Source: Phoronis australis
Taxonomy: Eukaryota > Animalia > Phoronida
DNA: 64,000 nt
Reading direction: 5' to 3'
Assembly (NCBI GenBank): GCA_002633005.1
Contig: NMRA01000479.1
Location: forward strand, 255,690-319,689
Below are positions 13,149-23,777 of this stretch, piece after piece. Under the pieces are notes generated by a model. It ran no database searches. It saw nothing but the letters and a program-made list of their open reading frames with translations, and had not been told where the DNA came from. Made by a program: the position numbers and the translations under genes. Position 1 is the first letter of the stretch. Every line of letters starts with the position of its first letter.

Positions 13149-13296
13149 CAGTGGCGGATTTAGAGGGAGGCCACGCCCCCCCTAAAATTCTCCCAGACTC
13201 CATTTGGCAGTTCGGAGGTGCGAATGTCTGCACGGGCAAAATTCTGGCTAATACTCTGCCCTGCCCCCCTAACTCAAAATCCTGGATCCGCCCCTA
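13149..13296. mobile_element. Short MITE with CAGTGGCGGAT-type TIRs
   Basis: cagtggcggatttag ... ctggatccgccccta. Confidence 0.65.
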
Positions 13297-13647
13297 ATAT
13301 ATATCCAAACATTTACAAGTCTGGTCAGCACNGCTCAATGAATCCAAGGTCGACACCAGCGATCCGTTTGCCAAAAGAGTAAGGGTGGTTTCTGTAATAA
13401 TCGTACGTTTTTACGTATCCCTCGGTGCTCCACTATGTCACTACCCGACTCGGTTGCCAGTTTAGAAAAAAAAAACTTTGCGGATTTCTCGCCGTCCACA
13501 TGAAATAAGTTGAAACAAATATAGTTGTGATCAAATTGTACTGTGGAACGCAAGTGTTTAACATGAGTGACAATGTTTTTTTTTTTCATCAAACTCTTCG
13601 CCATTTGTGAATATCAGTTATCACTACGACATTTAATGATGTCGACT

Positions 13648-13653
13648 TATAAA
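13648..13653 (+). promoter_or_regulatory. Candidate TATA box of the PLA2 gene
   Basis: TATAAA ending 38 nt before the ATG at 13691. Confidence 0.45.
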
Positions 13654-13690
13654 GGTCGCTTCCTGTGCAATATCATACACGTCACACAAC

Positions 13691-13739
13691 ATGGCGCGTA
13701 ACCAGTTGGGATTGGGAGTGCTGGTGGTGTTTCTTGGGG
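13691..13739 (+). CDS. PLA2 exon 1 (signal peptide MARNQLGLGVLVVFLG)
   Basis: ATG, hydrophobic stretch, phase-1 donor gtaggc matching exon 2. Confidence 0.8.
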
Positions 13740-16700
13740 GTAGGCAAAAATTGATTTCTCGCTACTTACCTTTGTTGAAGCATATAGGTGGGCATTTCTC
13801 TTTGTGAAAACTTGAACTCAAAGTACCTAACACCCGACTAGTAAGTTTATTTCTGTTTCCTACAGATGAAACAGGCTCAACTCGTCGGTGTAATACCGGG
13901 CTGCCAAAGGTGGGCGGCGATGGTCATTTGCTGATAGCACATTTGTTTGAAATAGGCTTTGTTAGCAGCTTTACACAGTCCAATAACTTTTTATGTGTTT
14001 TGCATCTTATTCAGTTACCTTCTCTGGTGTGCCCAAAGCGACTATCACAAAACGGAGCGTACTACATTTCCACCAGATGATCGTCTGCTCCACCGGCGAC
14101 GAGTCGCGTCGTTACACCAATTACGGTTGTTACTGCGGCCTTGGCGGCGCTGGGACGCCCGTTGACGATGCCGATAGGTATGTGTCACGTGGTGTTTATG
14201 AAATTTACGTCTATTTTCTAGTGTATCTCATTTGTGGTGTAGTCCACAGCCGTATGATTAAGGGGACAAAATGAGACTTGAAGATGAACAAAAACACTAA
14301 CTATGGCCATCAGCGGGGCATGTAGTCTGAGAAAAATCAATTTCATTTTGGCTTACGGTCGTTTTGATTTTTGCAAAACAAATGGTCCGGACACAGTTGA
14401 AGTAAAAAATCGCCATGGTTACCACCCGGGATTGTCATTTTTTGGTGGTTCAAAAATAGGAGTATTTAACTACATCACCAATCTGTACCACCGACATAAC
14501 ATAACAACATAGCATAAGAGTGATTGCAGGTGCTGTAAGGAACATGACGAGTGCTACGACAGACTGATGCGTACGAGAGAATGTCCTTTAGAAAGCTACG
14601 TCGACCTCTTCTGGACATTTTATGAACACCGAGGATGTTCCGAGTGTGGTAAGTTGGACAGATTAAACTGGTCTACTGGCCACAAAATAGGTAGGACAGA
14701 CTGCTCTTGCAAAGTAATGAGAAGGTAAGAAAAATGTGAGGAAAAGAAGGAAGAATTAAATGGTCTTGAGAATACGAATTGCAGGCATTGCTGACTGCTG
14801 GTCGCGTTTGTAAACTTTTGCTAACAGCAAATACAGGACTAGCAATAATTTAAAACTCATTAGCTTGATTGCTAGATCGCTTATGTCTGGTTTCCTTCCA
14901 AAAAGGGAACATTTGTCTTAGACCACTTAACGCAGTAGTAGTCTCAACTGGTTCTATGCTATGATTGGAGGAATTTCCTGGTTTGCAAAGAACTGACAGT
15001 TTGTTGTTGCTGTGGACCACATGCATGCTTGCCGTACACGCTGTGATAAGCCAAAGTTTTTTGATTGAAAGCAGGCTTACTGCAGCTTGAACTTAGTGTG
15101 AACACTCCTGCACACCAATAATATATCGAGAGATAGTCAACGGGAATAAGTCAAAGTCGTCAGTGTTACAATGATGTTGAGATACACAAAAGTTGTGCGT
15201 GTTATCTGAGTTGGCCGTGTTCGTTTGAATACGAGAGCACATTAAACCGGCACCAGCTCTCCATGAGTTGCCGTTAATCCGCATGAATGTGAAAGCTCTC
15301 AAGATATGCGAGCTGTTTATTGCACTTAAAGCTGAAAGTCGTCCTGTTTAGCTGGTTAAAAACGAAAATCGAATCAGGCCTTTTTACTCCCATAAAATTG
15401 GTCTCATAATATACCTTACCGCGTCAGGATTTCATTTCCGTTATCAACAAGAACAAAATCATGTGCGACTAGAGAAAATGTTTCAGAATTGACTGGGGTA
15501 GGACAACCTAAATATTGCGGATTCGGTATAGCGTTAGTACGCATTGTCTGTGACGTGAGTTGCCAGCTGTTTCGATAATAACTCAAGATCGAATGCGCGT
15601 GGAAATGTTTTTAAACCTCAAAGCGTTAAGTTCGGTTAAAACTTCAACGTTCAGCTAAACAGGGGCAAAATGCACTTCTAAAGTTGGTGGATCCTTGCCT
15701 TTCAGTACCATTTTGGATTGGTATGGAAACTATATTTTATAAGTTTCAACAAAGTCTTGAGTTTTTCAAGAACCATGCGTATCATGGATAAAATTAACTT
15801 TGACAGAAGTAAACCATCTTTTAAGAGAAAATGCCCAATGAATATTCATTATAATTAGAGTGCCACCAGACCTATTTTTACAAAAAAGACACGACAGCGT
15901 TTTCCCGTTCAGTGTCTTTACCAGACGAAGGGGGTTCTAAGCGTGTGATAACATCTAGCTTCTTTGTTAACTGCCAAGCAAAGTCTTTTGTCTGTTATGA
16001 CAACAGGCAGGCGAATTATCTACCAGGCTTATTACAGACTACGTGTGAACACCGTCAAACCCATTCAGAAAGAATAGATTATCGTAACTTCGGTTGCAGT
16101 TGGGCGATTTTAGCTATTCAAAAACTAAACATGATCACCATTAGACGAGGATTTTAGAACTACTATTGGTTTATGTTCAAATATGTTATAACTTAACTTT
16201 ATTTTAACAGCACAGCCCAGTCAGGCTAGATTAGAGCAATTAACGAACAAAAGAGAGCAGGCCCTCCAACCATGAATGCCAGAATGGAGTTAATCAGTCG
16301 TGTAAGATATTGGCTACAGGAGTAAACTTCCCATATATAGAATCGAACAAGTTGGAAGCAACGGAGCCAATTTGACGCCGGAGTTCTGAATCTGGCTCGT
16401 CACAGTGTACTATATATTATTACTTCATTGTATTATATTACTGTTTTTCTTGTTGAGGACCCTCTTGGAAAGCAGTGCTGTCACTGAAGAGGCCACCCTC
16501 ATTTTAAATATCACAATAATAAATAAAATAAATAAATAAATAAATAAATAAATATAATAAATGTAAATATCCCACTTTCTCAAGAATTTATAACTCTTCA
16601 CTTCACTGATGATATATCGATCATGCTGCATAAGTCATGGTTGACCAACTAACATTAGTGGATGCTAATGCTACAAGAACAAGTCCCGCCCTCCCCCAGA

Positions 16701-19700
16701 TTAAGGTCAAGATAGAGGGAGAGGTGGAAATGTCAGTCATTCGGGTTCCTTGAGTAAATATGAATAACTTGTTATTTTAATAGGTTAAGTTACCCATCAA
16801 ATATAAAACATGGACAGGTAAGTTGTTCGTCCTGTTTATTCCACATTGGTGAGACAGATCATCTAATAATATCCTTGGCTGTCTTACTGAACCCCGTATA
16901 CAGCTTTACACAATGGTGTTTCCACCCGCATGTGTATTTACACTGGAGTGTAATTTAACGTAAGGTATGAATTTTTGTCATATAAACGCAAATACACTCT
17001 GGTGTAAAGCTACACATGGATGTATATTCATACCATATTTTGAGGTCGTGTAAATGTAAATTTACACTCGTACAAACACCTGGTACGAACGCGCTGCAAA
17101 TTTACATTTACACCCACATATATATTTATGTATGGTACGCATTTATGCACGGGTGTAAAATTACTGCATATAAGCGGGGATAGTTTTTGATTGGTAAATT
17201 CAAAAATTCAATATCAAACCTTACCCTCTGACACAGCTCCACCTATACTGTGATAGAGTGTATATCAAACCTTGGCAAATTAACTAAGTGTGTCCGGGTT
17301 TGAACGCCCCCACTCGGCCATCCCCCCAATATCCGCAAACGTTCTCTCTCATCAACGTGCAACGTTCGTTTCTCTTAAGGTTATGTAAAGTCTTATTGAC
17401 AAGTTGGTATATTTAGCCAAATACCTACAAAACTATAGACATTAACAGAGTAAAAGTGAATATTTTCTGAACTTAGCTTGATTTTTGCCCTGACTCCGTT
17501 GCACACAGAAGCCACAGGAATGCTTGCAATAAGCTAAAGGCCAAGACTGGGCAACTATGGAACATGCCTAGTGATGTCCAGGTCACAGCTTTAAATCATA
17601 CAAACAATTTCTTCACGGAAATTGGCGATGGATGGCCTACCGCAGAACACAACAATGAGGTGGTTTGTTATACAGACGGCTTTACTGGAAAATGGCCAGA
17701 CATGTGCTGGTGTCATGAAATCCGTGATATTCCTGATACGTATATAATTCTTAGTATGTTAGTTTGATAGTGTTATTGCTTATTGATATTGTTTCTTTGC
17801 TAGCCAATTGTTTGTGTTTATAGAAACTTGTTTTAACCTGTATTATTATATGTAACAAAGACGCAACAAAGGAAAATAATGATAGAGCCCCGTAGGTGAT
17901 AACCATGCTACGCGCGCTTACGCCGCCCGTCGCAAGTCAGCTGGCAATACCTTACGACCTCCATACGACGTCAAAGTTTCGTATTATCACAGAACGGTTA
18001 GAGTTCTGTAATATCAAGTACGTATGAACAAAAAAGGAGATAAAAAGTAGGACATAAATCATTGGGAGACCAGTGACCAGAATGCCTTTGCACCAGTTCG
18101 TTACATCCAAATGTTTAAAAGTGAATAGTATTGCAGGGTTTCAAGCAGTTTTAGGCATAATGGTAGGAAAAAGTAGGAAAAAGTGGGAACAAGAGCAGGC
18201 ATTCTGAATCAGTTTTCATCGATATTTACCAATGACGTTCACCTCATAGTCGTGTCACAGGAAGTAGTCACCATTCGTTGGAGAACCAGCAGGACTTTAT
18301 TCACACTGTTGAGTGCAAAAGGTTTGACAGAGTAATTTTATTGTACATCATCTACCATTGAAGGAAAGGGGGATCTTAAGTTGCACAGTCCTGGACTTAT
18401 GTCCCTGGGGGGGGGGTCCAAAATTTCGAGTGCATCACCCGTTTCAAGTTTATTTCATTCAAATTAACACCCAAATTAAAATGGTACAAGTTAAGACGTG
18501 AAAATGCCTGGGGTTAGTTCAGTAACTAACTCTGGACACTACATCCTGGAGTTAGCAGATAAGACAGGGGTGTCTGGACTACAAAGGATAACAAGACCCC
18601 CAAAAACGAACTTGCATAAAAGATTATTACGGCTAAATCATATTATTAAAAAAACACATCTGAAGACATGACCAATTTACTCTCAAATACAAGAACAATG
18701 AAACAAAAACTAAGTTACGATACATCTGGGGTAACTAAATAAGCTGACTTCAAATTAAAGTTAAACTGCTTGAAGCATATCAAATGGCAACAAATGAAAG
18801 TACATGGGATTATGATGCATGGCACAGTCTATTGTTTCACAGATAAAACCTAAATTTAAAAGGCAATAATAATTATTCACTCTGCTGTAACTTAACTGCA
18901 AACACCGTGATCCTCGTCACAGCTCTTCATCAGATGATTCAATAGGATCATGATCATTGTCTACATCACTGTCCATACCATCATCCCTCTCTTCATCAGA
19001 TGATTCAATAGGATCATGATCATTGTCTACATCACTGTCCATACCATCATCCCTCTCTTCATCAGATGATTCAATAGGATCATGATCATTGTCTACATCA
19101 CTGTCCATACCATCATCCCTCTCTGCATCGCCACCATTGTCATCTGGCTTTGTTTCGACTTGAACCTCTGGAATAAGCACAGGGGACATCTGCTCTCCAC
19201 TGAACCAAATGATGTGAAATAAGTCTTCAACATTTTCCCATCCATTGGTGGGTACTTTGTCTTAGATTTGGAGATGAGTGCAACTCCATAGTCTACCAGT
19301 AAATACACTTCTTTCCACGTGAAGTGCTAGTTCAACTTTACACGGTGGAATACTACTGCCATTTAAGCTTTTCAAAAGGGTGCTTAGCGTTGACTTTCGG
19401 TTATCGCGGCTCAGTGAAGTAAATGCTCTCAAGAGCTTATATCACATTTTGCCACAATTGCATATGGTCTGTTCTTTCCTTTCCATACAAATGCACAGGT
19501 ATACTCACATCCAGTGAACACGTGCAGGTCTAGGAGTGCAAATAGCTATCATAGTAGCAATCTTAGTTACGTTTAACTAACGCAGATCACCTTGTCCTCT
19601 AGTCCCAGCCTCCATCCACACCATGGATGTAACTCAATGGACATGATGTAGGAGTAACACTAGAATGTCAGTGTCAGAAGCTCTTATGATGATGTTGCCA

Positions 19701-21659
19701 GGTGAGGACTTGTCCACCTCAATCATACGAAGGATGACTCAGGTGTCGGCTTCCGAGTGATTACAATTTAGAGGTGGAACTGATTCTATGAATACTGCTT
19801 CCAACAAAGTAGCGAGTATACTCTCACATCACCCCCAAATACGCTTCCCCGCTTATATACACAAGTGGACTGTAGAAGTTGTTCGACCAATCCTTGGTGA
19901 GAAAGACGGGAAGCTCTCGTTTTAACGACTACCTCTTGAGTTGTTTTGTGAAGCTTGAATCTCTTTTCTGTTCAGATCCTTCTATAACAAGTTTCCCTTC
20001 TACAACAGGGTATTTTTATCCCTCGGGGTCCAAAAAGCCTAGTCTTAAGTGTCTTAAGTTGTGGATATTGTATCCAAGTTTGCTAAACTATCTTTTGGGA
20101 AAAGAAGTTTTTGTTGTACAGGGACTGTCACGCAAATTCCTTATCTCTGTGATTGCTTGGTCAAAGTAATTAGAAACACAACATATAGCGACCACGTGAA
20201 TATGAAGTACATTGAATAAGAATGAGTTTGTGTCGAAAATTATCCACCGTAGATCAATCAACCGTGTCCAGTAATTAAGTATCGTGATGTAGTGTTGAGG
20301 AATAACACTGCATGATGTGGGCTATGTGAGCCCCCAAGGTACGTCATTCGTGCAAAGGTCATTTTCACAATTTTACAAATTGTCAACAAATACAACTGCA
20401 CTTTGTTTAGCGTAGATGATGTTCAAATAGCATTTTTTAGTTCCTGCTATACATTAGCGTAGTTTGGAGCACGCAAATACATCTTTCATTAATTGGTCGT
20501 TAATTACTAAGTGTCTTAATTAATAACACATGTATTTTTTGTGTCTTTTAAAAGTTGTATTTTTGTTCAATTCAAATAATGTTTTATCCATAGCAGAAAT
20601 AAAAATTGTAATATTTCCTCTTTTATACAAGTTCATTTTAGGGGTCTTGTTATCCCTTAGGGTCCAAACAACCCCATTTTATCTGCCAACTACAGGAAAA
20701 ATGGCGCCTTAAGTTGTGGATATGGTGTCCAGAGTTACTAAACTATCTTTTGGAACAAGAATTTTTGTTACACTTAAAAGTTGAAATAAATTATTTATTG
20801 GTTGTTAATCAGTAGGCATCTTAATTAATAACCCAGGCATTTTCATGTCTTAAGTTGCATCATTTTAATTTGAGTGGTGATTTGAATGAAATAAACTTGG
20901 AATGGATTTTGCACTCAAAATCTTAATTAAATGGATTTTTGGGCCCTCTTTTGCATCGCCCATGGACCAAACCCCAGGATTGTGCAACTTAAGATGCCTT
21001 CCTTCAATAGCAGGAAATGTGCGGTAGAATTATGAGCTCAAACCTTATACAGTCCAAAGTTGAAGTCCTGCTGACTCTACAACTACACATGCCTTAGAAT
21101 TGCATCGCTTGTTCTGGAGGAAGTTCTTCATGTGCTGTTCCTCACTACTCCAAAAACATAACTTGGATGGAAATTTTAGAGCAGTGAGAAAAAACTACGA
21201 AAAAGTAGGATATAATAGAAATTTCAGAAAAAAGTAGGAAAAATAGGAACAGACCAAAAAAGTATGAAAAAGTAGGAACGCTTGAAGGCCAGGTATTATT
21301 ACAAAAAAAGATTATTATCCCCTTCACGAGAATAAATTCGAGTTATTCCCACAACAGGCGCAAATGCCGCAGCCATAAAAATAACGATACAACCGTTTGT
21401 AACAATTGATTTTCCTATACTCGTGACAAAAAACAATTGTCCAAAAATTGCATATTTAAACTTATTTAAAAAGCGTAGGTTTGTTTCAGTTCCAGCGCCG
21501 GAATACGGTCTACTTTACACGCTTTTCCTAACTGACATCCCCGTAGCCTGCCGCGTCGGTTTGTGCCGATGCGACTCGATGGCTGCGCGCTGCTTGGCGA
21601 GAAAACCGTACAACGAAGAATTCGTCTGGCATGACAAAAGACAGTGCATCGAAAAGTAA
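13691..21659 (+). CDS. Secreted phospholipase A2, group I-like; join(13691-13739,14015-14177,14530-14648,21490-21659), 166 aa
   Basis: 501 nt in frame with GT-AG introns; signal peptide, propeptide ending in KR, Ca loop YGCYCGLGG, active site CCKEHDECY, CRCD (Asp99-equivalent), 14 Cys in the mature chain. Confidence 0.93.
14015..14177 (+). CDS. PLA2 exon 2 (propeptide, N-terminal helix, Ca-binding loop)
   Basis: ttcag acceptor; ITKR-SVLHFHQMIVC...YGCYCGLGGAGTPVDDAD; donor gtatgt. Confidence 0.93.
14530..14648 (+). CDS. PLA2 exon 3 (catalytic His-Asp)
   Basis: tgcag acceptor; CCKEHDECYDRLMRTRECPLESYVDLFWTFYEHRGCSEC; donor gtaagt. Confidence 0.93.
16892..17179. mobile_element. MITE with CCCCG ends and internal tttacac repeats
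   Basis: ccccgtatacagc ... gcatataagcgggg. Confidence 0.5.
18270..21090 (-). mobile_element. AcademX-like DNA transposon remnant (XPG/FEN-like nuclease domain, long TIRs) in PLA2 intron 3
   Basis: Long imperfect TIRs (ttgaaggaa..atcttaagttgcaca at 18358 and its reverse complement ending 21007); minus-strand pseudo-ORF with CNHSEADT, IRASDTDILV, LHVFTGCEY..F..KGK, IPPC..L..H..R, P.NGW...IWF, and an acidic tail. Confidence 0.72.
18920..19125. repeat. 66-bp tandem repeat x3 (encodes DDGMDSDVDNDHDPIESSDEER on -)
   Basis: Near-identical copies visible. Confidence 0.95.
21490..21659 (+). CDS. PLA2 exon 4
   Basis: tttcag acceptor, phase 1; VPAPEYGLLYTLFLTDIPVACRVGLCRCDSMAARCLARKPYNEEFVWHDKRQCIEK*. 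Confidence 0.9.
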
Positions 21660-22627
21660 AGCCAGAAAGAGAAGCTTACGAACAGTCATAGCGATAAAAA
21701 GCACGGTACTGGAGACCTTTGAAGAAGACTTGAACTAGACCATGACTGGAATTGTAATTGCATCAGTTTCTAAGGGGGGGAGGGGGGGGGGGNGTTACCA
21801 AAAGTCAGGTGGTCAAACATCTATTTTTAAGTGCTAACAGATATTAAAAACACGTTTCATAAAACTGTTAGGCCAAGTTCACTTTTAATGCGTTACTTTA
21901 TAACTGTTATTTTAAGAACGGTCGACTGACCTTTGCTTAAACAAGGTACTGAAACATATCCGAAATATCATGCAGGACATTGGCAAGAGAAGAGCAAAAA
22001 ACGTCAATATAAATATTCCCAAACCGGAGCTCACGATTCAGTGACAGAGGAGCTGTCAAGCCATTTTATGATGGAGATTAACCTCTAACCTGTCTATTAT
22101 GAGGGCCAACTGGTCACCACTATGCAAATTATCTGGTGTTTTCTGTGTAAGGAGAAAGTGTTCCACCATAAGACACTAGTAAGACTACTGAAACTAATTA
22201 TTAATCCTAATTCATGACAGTGAAGTGCCCAGTAGGACCGCTGGAGCTACAGTGAAGTGCCATGTAGGACTGCTGGAGCTAATTAATAATCATTCAGGTT
22301 AATCTTTCAGTTACATAATAAATAATGCCACACCATTAACAATAGTTTATTTACCCTCAGCATTAGTAAAAATTCTGTCAACACCTGCAAAACAAATGAA
22401 GGAATGACACACTTCATATTTCACAAGAGACAGACACGGCTCGGTTCAAATGGCTTCAATACAAAAACTGAGACACACGGTATATGTTCCTAAACTTTTC
22501 ACTGAGCAAATCAACAGCTGCAATAATGGTTAGGGATAATTTTACTTCAACCAGGTAAGGCATGACTGCAATTACTGTTCATTATTCTTAAACTTTTGAA
22601 CTTGACATAACATGAATTGAGACTAAA

Positions 22628-22765
22628 GCAGTAACTGTAGCCAATAACTGTAGCCAATAACTGTAGCCAATAACTGTAGCAGTAACTGTAGCCAATAACT
22701 GTAGCCAATAACTGTAGCCAATAACTGTAGCCAATAACTATAGCAGTAACTGTAGCCAATAACTG
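22628..22765. repeat. 13-bp tandem repeat (aataactgtagcc)n
   Basis: ~10 copies. Confidence 0.95.
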
Positions 22766-23728
22766 TGCCCAAGATAAAGTTCAGTAAAACAACACAAATG
22801 ACAGAAATTGCAGTAAAATCCAATAAAATAGTAAAAATAACTCTACTGATTTATTCAATGAAACATGCAACTGCTAAGAAAGCATGCTATAAAATTCATT
22901 ATCAAAAGTTGCACACCAGAAAGTCATCAAATGTAAATAAAGTTTATCCACAGAAGTAAAACTCTTTTAGTTTTACCGGCCTTACATGCAACCAAGCAAA
23001 ATGCATACACCAAAATACGAACAACCTTGAAGGTGGAGAGGTTCGAAGATATTGTATTCACACAAAATACAACAAAAGCTTGCAGACGCAGTTGTCCTTA
23101 GCAATATATTCACACAAAATACAACACAATCTTGTAAGTGTAGTTGTCCTTAGACATTGTGTTCACACTTTTAGCCAATACCCCTTTTGACTAGATTTAT
23201 TGTGTAATCATGAACGAAGGAAATCAATTTTGTTGACTAGTATAATCATAGATTTTCTGCTATACATGCACATTGTCAGACAATTATACAGCAAACAGAC
23301 TAAAACCCGTAAGTTATCTCAATATGTTAAAGGACCATTAAACCTCTGTTTTCATTTGGTTTGGTCCACACAAAATTTTTATGAACTTCACCTAAAGAAA
23401 TAGCAAACTGTCAGTTCTTCCATAGCCTAACAGTAAATGGTATAAAATTAATGCAAACTTGATTTTTTGACACAAAGCACACTTTAACCTGGCACTTCCA
23501 CTATCAGATTTTTTTGTTCCTTTAAACTGCTAAAATAATTAAGTAAAAAATTCAGTTTTGTAAAAATAGTAAATTAGTTGTGCTGTAACACCACACCAGC
23601 CTGTTGTAGATTTAAATGAAATCTTGGAATTTCTAATATAAAAACTTATGTCAGTAAAAATGTAGTCAATTGTGCAAGTGCAACTTTAAGAATAATGAAC
23701 AGACAGACAGCATGAAAACATTGAGAGC

Positions 23729-23777
23729 TCATAGGAGAGGATCTGTTCCATTCCAGTCTATTTGGGCATCATTCCAC
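23729..23777 (-). CDS. MINDY4: MINDY4 last exon ([15 protein letters not shown])
   Basis: tttgcag acceptor, phase 2, TGA stop. Confidence 0.93.

Noticed and set aside
18917-19189. Acidic repeat ORF as a biomineralisation-type gene
   Set aside because: It continues the decayed transposon frame and lies within the TIRs; no signal peptide
22547-22823. Hydrophobic repetitive ORFs
   Set aside because: Product of the 13-bp tandem repeat
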